Source: Candidatus Saccharimonadales bacterium (GTDB lineage Bacteria > Patescibacteriota > Saccharimonadia > Saccharimonadales > UBA4665). Taken from it: a DNA stretch of 64,000 bases. Location of the stretch: the NCBI GenBank assembly GCA_041649215.1, contig JBAZNN010000001.1:700366-764365 (forward strand). Direction: 5' to 3'. Made by a program: the position numbers and the translations under genes. This document shows, in pieces, positions 9,933-21,788 of the stretch. The notes under the pieces were generated by a model, which saw only the letters and a program-made list of their open reading frames with translations, ran no database searches and had not been told where the DNA came from. The first letter of the stretch is position 1. Each line of letters starts with the position of its first letter.

Positions 9933-10865
9933 TTACTTTACGACATTTTCTAGGTACCAGCCGTAAGTACGTTTTAGGCCTTCCTCGAAGCCTATTTTGT
10001 GGTGCCATCCGGCCTCGTGTAGTTTTGAGACATCGAGTAGCTTCTTTGGCATGCCATCGGGCTTGGATGAATCAAAGACTAACCGCCCCTCGTAGCCTAC
10101 AAGCTTTTGGATATACTCCGCCAATTCTTTAATTGAAATGTCTTCACCGGTACCGATATTAAGGAACTGTTTTTTATCGTAGTTGTTAAGCAGCCAGACC
10201 ACAGCATTCGCTAAGTCGTCGACATGCAGGAACTCACGGCGGCTGACACCCGTTCCCCAAATAATAACTTCTGGTACATTGCCAACTTTAGCCTCGTGCA
10301 TGCGGCGCAACAGGGAAGGGATAACGTGCGAGGTTTCTGGATCGAAGTTATCATTCTCTCCATATATGTTTGTCGGCATGCAAGACGTAAAGTTCATGCC
10401 AAACTCGTCGTAGATGTATTCGCACATTTTCATGCCAGAGATCTTGGCATAAGCATAAGCCTCATTGGTAGGCTCCGGCTTCCCATTCATAAAATACTCT
10501 TCCTTCATCGGTTGTGGGCACTCACGGGGGTAGATGCATGAGCTGCCCAGAAAAAGGAACTTCTTAACGCCCGCGTCTTTGGCAGACCAAATAAGATTAT
10601 TCTGAATCTGGAGATTCTCGTATAGGAATTCTGCTGGATAGGCCATGTTCGCTTTAATACCACCAACCTTGGCGGCGCTGTCTACGACGTATTCAGGTTT
10701 TTCTGTCATGAAGAAATTGTGAACCGCTGCTTGATTCATTAGGTCAAGCTCATTACGAGTTCTTAATAAGAGGCTGGTGTAGCCTTCATCTTGTAGCCGT
10801 CTTACGATAGCCGAGCCAACGAGGCCTTTATGTCCAGCCACATATATCTTTGCAGTTTTATCCAT
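9933..10865 (-). CDS. fcl: GDP-L-fucose synthase family epimerase/reductase (Fcl; may act as GDP-L-colitose synthase ColC here)
   Basis: KIYVAGHKGLVGSAIVRRL, LGSSCIYP, YAYAKI (YxxxK), VHVDDLA. Alignable end to end with E. coli Fcl as I recall it. Confidence 0.9.
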   Translation of the reverse strand: MDKTAKIYVAGHKGLVGSAIVRRLQDEGYTSLLLRTRNELDLMNQAAVHNFFMTEKPEYVVDSAAKVGGIKANMAYPAEFLYENLQIQNNLIWSAKDAGVKKFLFLGSSCIYPRECPQPMKEEYFMNGKPEPTNEAYAYAKISGMKMCEYIYDEFGMNFTSCMPTNIYGENDNFDPETSHVIPSLLRRMHEAKVGNVPEVIIWGTGVSRREFLHVDDLANAVVWLLNNYDKKQFLNIGTGEDISIKELAEYIQKLVGYEGRLVFDSSKPDGMPKKLLDVSKLHEAGWHHKIGFEEGLKRTYGWYLENVVK

Positions 10866-10877
10866 ACGAATCTCTCC

Positions 10878-12041
10878 TTATTTCGCTAGAAGACCACAGA
10901 GCATATCAAGCTCTTCATCAGTCATCTCTGGATTATTGCCAAAATAGAAGCCATTTGCATGCACCAAGTCCGAATTTGGACGAGCTGCAATATCTTGGAC
11001 ATATTTCTGATAAAACGGCTGTTTTGTCATGTTACCCGCAATAACTGGGCGGATTTCAACTTCTGCTGCTTCAAACTTTGCACGATATTGTCGGGCTAAC
11101 TCCGGAGTCTTACAGATTATTGGCATCGAAAAGTTCGACACGCTATCCATGTGCTCTAAGTCATATTGATAGAAATCATCGTTTTGAGCCATGGCTTTCT
11201 GAAATGTGTGAAAGTTACTGACCCGTTTTGCCACAATCTCGTCCCAGTATCCGATCTGAGTGTTACCAATAAATCCGTTTATCTCGGTTGGTCGGAAGTT
11301 TGAGGCAATATCGTAAAAAGTGTACTTTGCATAGAAAGCATCGGCCCCACTAGTTGCTCGCAGGCGCGTCTGTGTCTCCGGGCTCACGTTACGATCCCAG
11401 CCATGAGCTCGAGCCATAACCATCTGCTCATATAGCTCATCATCGTCAGTGCAAACCATGCCACCTTCAATCGTTGACATATGATGACCCACGAAGAACG
11501 AGAATGTCGAAGCGACACCAAAGTTACCAAGTAGGGTCTTGTTTGTTTGTGAGCCGAGCGACTCGCAGTTATCCTCCATAAGAATGACACCATGTTCGTC
11601 GCAGAGCTCTTTTATCTTTGGTAGGTTGTCACAGAAGCCAAGGACGTTGGTCAGGAAAAGACCTTTTAGATCATTGATGTATTCCTTGAGTTTTTCTGGC
11701 GAGACATTAAGTGTCTCAAGTTCACAATCAATTGCTACCGGCACGAGGCCAAGCTGAATAAGTGGCATAACGTTTGTTGGCCATGTGAGCGCAGAAAAGC
11801 CGATCTTATCCCCTTTTTTAAACCGTCCCAAGTTCATCATTGATTGGATAAGGAGCAGATTTGCGACACTACCGTTTGAGGCGTATACAGCGTGCTTTCG
11901 TTGCTGTTTTGCGGCAAAGGATTCTTCAAACATGCGGCATTGTTTGCCCATGCTCAATATATCTTCTTTTAGAATGAATTCGGCCAGAGCCTGTTTAGTT
12001 TCTGCTTCATGGTAGAAAGTAGATTTGATCAGTCTTATCAT
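10878..12041 (-). CDS. colD: GDP-4-keto-6-deoxy-D-mannose 3-dehydratase (ColD-like, DegT/DnrJ/EryC1 fold)
   Basis: EDNCESLGS...STFSFFVGHHMSTIEGGMVCTDDDELY...ARAHGWDRN closely parallels E. coli ColD. His-His (nt 11481-11486) sits where aminotransferases carry the Schiff-base Lys. Flanked by gmd and fcl. Confidence 0.78.
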   Translation of the reverse strand: MIRLIKSTFYHEAETKQALAEFILKEDILSMGKQCRMFEESFAAKQQRKHAVYASNGSVANLLLIQSMMNLGRFKKGDKIGFSALTWPTNVMPLIQLGLVPVAIDCELETLNVSPEKLKEYINDLKGLFLTNVLGFCDNLPKIKELCDEHGVILMEDNCESLGSQTNKTLLGNFGVASTFSFFVGHHMSTIEGGMVCTDDDELYEQMVMARAHGWDRNVSPETQTRLRATSGADAFYAKYTFYDIASNFRPTEINGFIGNTQIGYWDEIVAKRVSNFHTFQKAMAQNDDFYQYDLEHMDSVSNFSMPIICKTPELARQYRAKFEAAEVEIRPVIAGNMTKQPFYQKYVQDIAARPNSDLVHANGFYFGNNPEMTDEELDMLCGLLAK

Positions 12042-13096
12042 TATTTGATGTTTGCCTTTCTTTTCTCTTCTTTTAGGTCTTCCTCGGCCATTAGTTTTGC
12101 GAGCCCCTCAAAGGTTACTTTCGGTTTCCAGCCTAGTTTTTTCTCGGCCTTTGAGTAGTCGCCAATCAATAAATCAACTTCAGCTGGCCTGAAGTAACGA
12201 GGGTCTATTTTAATAATAACTTTACCTGTTTTGGTATCAAATCCTTCTTCCTCAAGATCTTTGCCCCTCCATTGCAAATCAAAACCCAACGTGCGAGCCG
12301 TTGCTTCTACAAATTCACGTACAGAATGTGTTTCGTTAGTGGCCAGCACGTAGTCATCTGGCTTATCCTGTTGCAACATCAGCCACATGCCTTCTACATA
12401 ATCTTTGGCATATCCCCAGTCACGTTTAGAATCAAGATTACCTAGGTAAAGTATCTCATCAATACCAAGTTTTATGCGTGCTAGCCCTCGCGTAATTTTG
12501 CGAGTGACGAAGGTCTCGCCGCGGCGTGGTGATTCATGGTTGAACAAGATCCCATTACAAGCAAACAGATTATAGCTTTCACGGTAGTTTTTTGTGATCC
12601 AATACCCGTAGAGCTTTGCGACTCCGTATGGTGATCGTGGGTAAAAGGGCGTTTCCTCGGTCTGGGGTATTTGCTGTACAAGCCCAAACATTTCCGAAGA
12701 TGATGCTTGATAAAATTTAGTTTTTACACCCGATTCACGGATAGCATCAAGTAGCCTTAACGTTCCCAGCGCGACTACGTCCCCAGTGTACTCGGGCATG
12801 TCAAAACTGACACGGACGTGGCTTTGCGCGCCAAGGTTATAAATCTCATCAGGCTTTATAGACTCGAGCAAACGTGAAAGGTTGCTGCTGTCCGTCAAGT
12901 CGCCATAGTGTAGAGAAAGTTGTTTTTGGCTCTCATGAGGATCTTGAAATATATGGTCGATACGACCCGTGTTGAAAGTTGACGACCTTCTGACTATTCC
13001 ATGAACTTCATAGCCTTTTTCTAGCAGAAGTTCTGCCAAGTATGATCCGTCCTGACCAGTAACACCTGTAATAAGCGCGGTTTTTTTCATGCGCAA
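12041..13096 (-). CDS. gmd: GDP-mannose 4,6-dehydratase
   Basis: [59 protein letters not shown]. Canonical Gmd. The start may be the MKK two codons in. Confidence 0.95.
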   Translation of the reverse strand: MRMKKTALITGVTGQDGSYLAELLLEKGYEVHGIVRRSSTFNTGRIDHIFQDPHESQKQLSLHYGDLTDSSNLSRLLESIKPDEIYNLGAQSHVRVSFDMPEYTGDVVALGTLRLLDAIRESGVKTKFYQASSSEMFGLVQQIPQTEETPFYPRSPYGVAKLYGYWITKNYRESYNLFACNGILFNHESPRRGETFVTRKITRGLARIKLGIDEILYLGNLDSKRDWGYAKDYVEGMWLMLQQDKPDDYVLATNETHSVREFVEATARTLGFDLQWRGKDLEEEGFDTKTGKVIIKIDPRYFRPAEVDLLIGDYSKAEKKLGWKPKVTFEGLAKLMAEEDLKEEKRKANIK

Positions 13097-13149
13097 TGAT
13101 CTCCTAATGGGTTAAGTAAGTATGATTAATAATAAACCATATTTGCGCT

Positions 13150-13956
13150 CTAGGATAGGTTAGCCTTGCGCCTTGAAAGATTATTTACGCGCCTAACTGC
13201 CAAGGTTGTGGCAATGCGTACGGGTCTTTCCCAAAATGGAGCTATCAAACGCAACGGACGCGGTAAGTATTTGCGTTTTACCATCTCTGCCTCCTTAAGA
13301 ACCATGGGGCGATTTGAAACTGTCTGTGAGCCAGTATGCCACCGAAAGCATGCCAAAGTCTTTTTGGTGTTAACGAACTTGCCGCGCTTTCGTAATCGAA
13401 GAAACACGTCCAAATCCATCGACCACTTATTGTTTGTGTCGAATCCGCCAATTTGTTGTAATGTGGAGCATCGGAACAAAGATCCTGGTAGTGGTACAAG
13501 ATCGGGCCCCCAAGTCATTAGCCATGGGGCTAATCTTCCGGCATGACTTGTGAATATGACTCTTCCCACGTGGTCGATATAATCACAGTAACCAAAAGCC
13601 ACAACAGCTTGAGGGTTCGCATCTAGTGCCTTCGTGGATGCCTCAAGAGATCCCGGTGTTAGCATGTCATCGTCACCAATCCAAGTTATGTATTCATGGT
13701 GCGCCTTGGCTGTTGCTATACCAGCGTTCACTGCTGCCGACATACCACCCGGGTCTTCAACCACATCCGCCTTAAATCTTTTCGCCAGAGCCATAGTTTC
13801 TTTATTGTCCAACGGGAATATCATCACGATGTCATATTTAATGGGTTTTTGTTTAACTATAGACTCAAGTGTCAGCCGAAGCAGATCATTGCGCTTTCCG
13901 AGTGTAGCTATCACTACCAGTACACGGGCGTAGGGTTCCTGGTTATTTTTTTTCAT
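13150..13956 (-). CDS. Family 2 glycosyltransferase
   Basis: Start moved to the internal MKKNNQEPYARVLVVIATLG, which gives a 14-nt overlap with the upstream gene. GDDDML (DXD). GT2 fold. Confidence 0.8.
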   Translation of the reverse strand: MKKNNQEPYARVLVVIATLGKRNDLLRLTLESIVKQKPIKYDIVMIFPLDNKETMALAKRFKADVVEDPGGMSAAVNAGIATAKAHHEYITWIGDDDMLTPGSLEASTKALDANPQAVVAFGYCDYIDHVGRVIFTSHAGRLAPWLMTWGPDLVPLPGSLFRCSTLQQIGGFDTNNKWSMDLDVFLRLRKRGKFVNTKKTLACFRWHTGSQTVSNRPMVLKEAEMVKRKYLPRPLRLIAPFWERPVRIATTLAVRRVNNLSRRKANLS

Positions 13957-14320
13957 TCTCTCTCCTATACTCCGAAAGTGATATCGATAGCTCTTGGTGA
14001 AGATCCTTAACCCGGCGCTCGAGAGTTTCAAGTTTGATCCTAGAGCGGTTAGCCATGAAGAGCACTACAACGATACCCGTAATCTGTACGACATCAAACA
14101 AACTCAAGGGCTCAGTCTGCGTCAAGCCATTGGAGAACAAGAATTGGTAAATGAACTTTACTGATGCCAGGGCGCCTAAAATAAAGATCCATATAACCGT
14201 CTGCGACAGGTACTTTTTGCGGGTAAACTTGCCGAGCTTAAAATCGACAAGTGCGCTTAAAAGGGCAGCAAAAATTAGAGGAATATTCAATAGAACTAGC
14301 AGTACGTACCTACTCACCAA
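13943..14320 (-). CDS. Small membrane protein (DUF2304/GacJ-like partner of polyprenyl-phosphate GT2)
   Basis: 125 aa with 3-4 TM segments then a charged coiled tail. Overlaps the upstream GT2 by 11 nt. This pairing is typical of DUF2304 proteins. Confidence 0.55.
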   Translation of the reverse strand: MVSRYVLLVLLNIPLIFAALLSALVDFKLGKFTRKKYLSQTVIWIFILGALASVKFIYQFLFSNGLTQTEPLSLFDVVQITGIVVVLFMANRSRIKLETLERRVKDLHQELSISLSEYRRENEKK

Positions 14321-15032
14321 AGAACTCCACTAATCTCCTCGCAACCAAGGTTTTGACTATGTTAAATGCATTCCAGTTGTTCTGGCGGTGGGGTTTGCCG
14401 GTTGAATAATCTGTATAGATCGCTTTGATGGGGAACTCTCCTATGTTTAAGTTAATTTGTTTGGCACGCCATAACATCTCGGAGCAGAACTCGTAGCCAC
14501 TAGTTTTCCATTTAAGCTCTGCCAAGGCGCGTTTTGAAAATACACGTAGACCTGACTGTGAGTCCGTAACATTGATGCCAAAGAGAACGTATGTGATGAA
14601 ACTTAGACCCTTGTTCCCCAGAACCTTGACGCGTGACATGCCCGCATTATTGATCAGACGGCTACCAATGAGCAGATCGGCTTGTTTACGGGTGAGTTCT
14701 TCCACGCCTTTTAGGACATCTTCTGGATCGTGTTGACCGTCCGCATCGGAAGTAGTTGCGATGTCAAAACATTGTTGTTGGGCGTAGCTAAGTCCGGTGG
14801 CCGTGGCGCCACCGCTGCCCGTATTGAGTATGTGCTTTATGACGTGCGCACCTGCCAATTTTGCCTCAATACTAGTGTTGTCTTTTGAGCCGTCATCCAC
14901 GACCACAATCTGAAAATCGTATGGCGATTTCTTAAACACTTTATATAAATCGGTAACAACGCCACGCATAACCTCGCCTTCGTTGTAGGCAGGTATGACT
15001 AAAGCTACTCTTGTGCTCGCCAACTTAGACAT
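14310..15032 (-). CDS. Polyprenyl-phosphate glycosyltransferase (GT2, DPM1/GtrB/GacI-like)
   Basis: [41 protein letters not shown] short 240-aa soluble GT2 of the lipid-carrier sugar synthase type. Confidence 0.85.
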   Translation of the reverse strand: MSKLASTRVALVIPAYNEGEVMRGVVTDLYKVFKKSPYDFQIVVVDDGSKDNTSIEAKLAGAHVIKHILNTGSGGATATGLSYAQQQCFDIATTSDADGQHDPEDVLKGVEELTRKQADLLIGSRLINNAGMSRVKVLGNKGLSFITYVLFGINVTDSQSGLRVFSKRALAELKWKTSGYEFCSEMLWRAKQINLNIGEFPIKAIYTDYSTGKPHRQNNWNAFNIVKTLVARRLVEFFGE

Positions 15033-15894
15033 AATTATGAGTTAATTCTAGCAGATAGTGGCCATAGCCGGATTTTTTTAGTGGCTCGGCGAGAGTTTTT
15101 AATTGTTCGGTGGTTATGAAGCCTTCTTGGTAAGCCACTTCTTCTATGCAGCCTATCTTGTAGCCGGTGCGTTTTTCGATGACCTCTACGAACTGGCTGG
15201 CGCTGTTCATGCTCTCGAACGTACCGGTGTCGAGCCAGGCAGAGCCACGGCCCATGGTTTGCACTTTGAGTTTGCCGCTCTTTAGGTATTCTTCGTTCAC
15301 GGCGGTGATCTCTAGTTCACCACGGTCACTGGGTTTGATGTTTTTGGCGATTTCTACCACGTCGTTGTCGTAGAAATAGAGTCCAACGACGGCGAAGTTG
15401 CTCTTTGGCCGCCCAGGCTTTTCCTCTATAGAAATAGCATGGCGGTCTTTGTCGAATTCGACGACGCCGTAGCGTTCCGGATCAGAAACTTGATACGCGA
15501 AGATGATACCGCCGTCAGGATTGGTGCAGCGCTTGAGACTGTTGCCAAAGCCATGACCATAAAAAATGTTATCGCCTAGTACCAGTGCGACTTTGTCATA
15601 ACCAATAAACTCTTCACCGATGATGAATGCCTGAGCCAGTCCGTCTGGGCTGGGCTGTACGGCGTAACTAAACTGGCAACCGAGCTGCGATCCGTCACCC
15701 AGTAGGCGCCGGAATGAGTCTGAATCCTCTGGTGTGGTGATGATGAGGATTTCTTTTATGCCGGCCATCATAAGCGCGCTGAGCGGGTAGTAGACCATCG
15801 GTTTATCGTAAATGGGCATCAGCTGCTTGCTAATGCCTTTGGTAATGGGGTAGAGGCGTGTGCCAGACCCGCCGGCTAATATTATGCCCTTCAC
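15025..15894 (-). CDS. rfbA: Glucose-1-phosphate thymidylyltransferase
   Basis: [18 protein letters not shown]...[18 protein letters not shown]...LGDNIFYG. Canonical RmlA. Confidence 0.96.
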   Translation of the reverse strand: MKGIILAGGSGTRLYPITKGISKQLMPIYDKPMVYYPLSALMMAGIKEILIITTPEDSDSFRRLLGDGSQLGCQFSYAVQPSPDGLAQAFIIGEEFIGYDKVALVLGDNIFYGHGFGNSLKRCTNPDGGIIFAYQVSDPERYGVVEFDKDRHAISIEEKPGRPKSNFAVVGLYFYDNDVVEIAKNIKPSDRGELEITAVNEEYLKSGKLKVQTMGRGSAWLDTGTFESMNSASQFVEVIEKRTGYKIGCIEEVAYQEGFITTEQLKTLAEPLKKSGYGHYLLELTHNYV

Positions 15895-16744
15895 TTTTTT
15901 AACTCCTTTGCTATGTAATCTTTTAGGTCGTCGTGCCAGTCATGGGGTTCGAAGCTGGTGGATTCGAGTTTTGTGAGCTCTAATGTGCTACGAAGCGGCC
16001 GAGGGGCGATGCCGTCCTTGCCGGCATAATATTCGGCCGTAGTGGTGTCGGAAACTTGCAGGTCAAACCCAGCAAGCTTGAATATCTCGCGGGTGATATC
16101 CGCCCAACTAGCCGATTCACCACTGTTAGTGGCATTGTATGTGCCAAAGGCGGCTTTAGTCGTTAGTAGGTGGTCAATAACCCGTACTAGTTCGCTTGTG
16201 AATGTCAGCCGGCCGACTTGGTCGGCGACGACTGTTGGGGCGATGCCTCTTTTGCCAAGATCCAGCATGGTGCGTACGAAATTTTTGCCCTCGCCAATTA
16301 CCCAGCTGGTGCGCAGCAGGTAAAACTTTGGTGTTAGTGATACGGCCAAGTCACCAGCGGCTTTACTGGCGCCGTAAACCGACAATGGCGCGAAGCCTTC
16401 GTCTTCTAGATGGCTTTCTGCGGTGCCGTCAAACACGTAGTCTGTCGAAATATGTACAAGTGTGGCGTCGTACTGGGCAGCCACGGCCACGAGGTTAGCC
16501 ACGGCATCGGCATTAATTGCCCAAGCAGCCCTACGGCCTTCGGTTGTTTCGGCGCCGTCAACATTGGTATAGGCTGCGGCATTCACGATGATTTCTACGC
16601 CCGACCAATCATATGCTTCGACGGCTGCTCGGTCGGTAATATCAAGTTTGTCCGAATCAACTGCTCGCGCTTTGGGATACTTTTGGCAGAGGGCTGTGCC
16701 TAACTGGCCTTTGGCACCGATGATTAAGATTTTTGAATCGTCCA

Positions 16745-16748
<4 letters not shown>
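15891..16748 (-). CDS. rfbD: dTDP-4-dehydrorhamnose reductase
   Basis: [28 protein letters not shown]. RmlD family. 4-nt overlaps on both sides. Confidence 0.93.
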
Positions 16749-19676
<2,928 letters not shown>

Positions 19677-19905
19677 GGGGATTAATCCTTTGCTTACGTT
19701 TATGCCTTCAACTAGTTTTCACTAGCTACTATCACACTACCCGTCTGCGATAGTGGTGTCAAATTCGAGAATTGTTCGTGTTAAACTAGTTGGGAAATGA
19801 ATACCATTAGAACCCAGGAGACGACTAGTAATAAATTGACGGCTGAACACCAGCCGTATGTTCAAACGTTTGCAGATTGCGGAAAGGTTAGTGGGTTCTA
19901 GCGGG

Positions 19906-20343
19906 ATGAAAGTTGTAATCGTAAGTGGATACTTCAACCCGTTGCACGGCGGGCATTTGGACATGATTGAGTCAGCCCGTGCCATGGGCGATAAACTAAT
20001 CGTTATCGTAAACAACGACAAGCAGCAACTACTCAAAAAGGGCAAAATCATCCTTGATGAAAAGAATCGCTTGCGCCTAATGCGTGCCCTGCGTAACGTG
20101 AATGAGGTCGTACTGTCAATTGACGAAGACCCCGCCATCATAAAAACGCTAGAAATGATTGCTAGGCAACACCCCGGCGATGAGCTTATTTTTGCCAACG
20201 GCGGCGATCGTAATAGCGAAAAGGCGATTCCCGAAGCGGCCGTCTGCCATCAGTACAATATAGAGATGCGTTTTGACGCCGGGGAAGGCAAACCCGATTC
20301 CTCAACCCGTATCAATCAGGCTACCGGCCACGAAGTAGCCTAG
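19906..20343 (+). CDS. Cytidylyltransferase-fold nucleotidyltransferase (TagD / RfaE domain II-like)
   Basis: VVIVSGYFNPLHGGHLDMI (HxGH motif), NNDKQQLLKKGK, DSSTRI (ISST-like). Start placed at MKVV. The ORF is open from 19858, so the start is uncertain. Confidence 0.72.
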   Translation: MKVVIVSGYFNPLHGGHLDMIESARAMGDKLIVIVNNDKQQLLKKGKIILDEKNRLRLMRALRNVNEVVLSIDEDPAIIKTLEMIARQHPGDELIFANGGDRNSEKAIPEAAVCHQYNIEMRFDAGEGKPDSSTRINQATGHEVA

Positions 20344-20356
20344 ATCATTATTCGTC

Positions 20357-20373
20357 CAACCCTAGTAGGGTTG
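20357..20373. terminator. Hairpin between convergent genes (possible bidirectional terminator)
   Basis: CAACCCTA-G-TAGGGTTG is a perfect 8-bp stem in the 40-nt gap between convergent stops. There is no clear U-tract. Confidence 0.35.
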
Positions 20374-20383
20374 TTGACGCGTA

Positions 20384-21685
20384 CTAATAACACGCCGCTG
20401 AACAGGTCGTAGCATCGAGCCGATTTGAAAGCCAGGGCAGTGCGTCTTTAAAGCTTTGTTGCCAGACGGCAAAGGTGTGGTTACCGCCGATTGTTTCGTA
20501 AATGCTCTCTATACCAGCCGCTTTGGATTGCTGGTATAGCTGCCTAGTGGCAGCCGTCACCTTTAGAGAATCCTCCTTACCAACACTAAAGAAACCGCCC
20601 ATATCGGAATAATTATGCTGTTCTAAGAGTTGTGATGGTTGGTGCTCCGCCCACGCTGTCTCTGAGCCTCGAAAAAGCTCCGAAATAGTTTTTTGCTGCG
20701 AACCAACTTCCGGCCCAATCTCACCACCGAAATCCAAAAAATAGTGGTAGACATCGGTGTGCCGTAGAGCCAACATGATGCTACACATTCCACCCATACT
20801 AAGGCCGCCTATAGCCCAGTGGCCGGGGCCGTTTGCTACTTCAAAATGGCTCTTTATATAATTTGGGACATCGGTAGATAGGTATGTTTCGGCATTGCCT
20901 CGGGGGCTATCTACACACTCCGTATCGTTGGTGAGCGAACCAGTGTTATCGACCATAATAACCAAGGGGCTAATGCCACCATGATGTGATGCGAACTCGT
21001 CCATAGTTGCCTGTAAACCGCTGCCAAGCCAGTTGGCGGGCAAGCCCGGGAAGCCGGTAGACAGCACAAGCACCGGCAAATTTACTTTAGCTGGGCTGCT
21101 GGCAATTGCCGGTACATAGGCGTACGCCCCCCGCGTCTTAAACTTGGAAACAGTACCGGGTATATCTATGCTATAAACCGATCCGGTGGTGTTTTTATGT
21201 ACATCCTGCAGAGAACTTTCGATAGATTGTCGATTTGGTGCTTTGGTTCGCAGACTAAATTTTATGGACACGTCTTGGCTGGTTGCTAGTTGGCGCGCGT
21301 TATTTCTGTTAAAAACCGAGTACAAATTTGGATAGAATCGGTAGTAGCCATTAATCATGGCGAGTGTAAACAGTAAGTTGACGACTACCATAGAAAATGC
21401 AAAGACGCGCAGGCGTACTTTATGCGCAAAAACGACTATGAACAACCATACTGCCAAAACCGTCGGAAAGATCATAAAGAATAATGCCCCCGGCAGGCTA
21501 TCATCTAGGTAGTAAGATATAAGACGCTCAATCAGAAATGTTACCAAAAGGCTGATGGCTGCAGTTAATGGCAGATACTTCATGTGCCATTGCTTATCGA
21601 GGCGTGTCAAAACGTACACTAACGTTGCTACGGCTGCCGTGCAAAGAAACAATGAAACGTTCGGAGTTAGTAGGTCTATGTTCAT
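20384..21685 (-). CDS. Membrane-tethered alpha/beta hydrolase (esterase D / Ag85-type 'putative esterase' family)
   Basis: About four N-terminal TM helices, then an esterase domain with nucleophile elbow GGLSMGG and HTFAVW near the C-terminus. Confidence 0.72.
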   Translation of the reverse strand: MNIDLLTPNVSLFLCTAAVATLVYVLTRLDKQWHMKYLPLTAAISLLVTFLIERLISYYLDDSLPGALFFMIFPTVLAVWLFIVVFAHKVRLRVFAFSMVVVNLLFTLAMINGYYRFYPNLYSVFNRNNARQLATSQDVSIKFSLRTKAPNRQSIESSLQDVHKNTTGSVYSIDIPGTVSKFKTRGAYAYVPAIASSPAKVNLPVLVLSTGFPGLPANWLGSGLQATMDEFASHHGGISPLVIMVDNTGSLTNDTECVDSPRGNAETYLSTDVPNYIKSHFEVANGPGHWAIGGLSMGGMCSIMLALRHTDVYHYFLDFGGEIGPEVGSQQKTISELFRGSETAWAEHQPSQLLEQHNYSDMGGFFSVGKEDSLKVTAATRQLYQQSKAAGIESIYETIGGNHTFAVWQQSFKDALPWLSNRLDATTCSAACY

Positions 21686-21788
21686 TTAGTTTTTCTGAAT
21701 AAGTTTACTTACCATAAATAGTAACACGTCGCTCAAGGTAGGCAGAACAGCCCGGTGGGCTATTACTGTAGGCGCGGGGGAACCGTCA

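Noticed and set aside
19677-19905. A 7-bp hairpin ACGGCTG/CAGCCGT overlapping a TTGACG...TATGTT promoter-like pair, between pmm and the nucleotidyltransferase gene.
   Set aside because: The spacer is only 15 nt, the hairpin is short, and the downstream start codon is itself uncertain. This is insufficient to call a promoter or operator.
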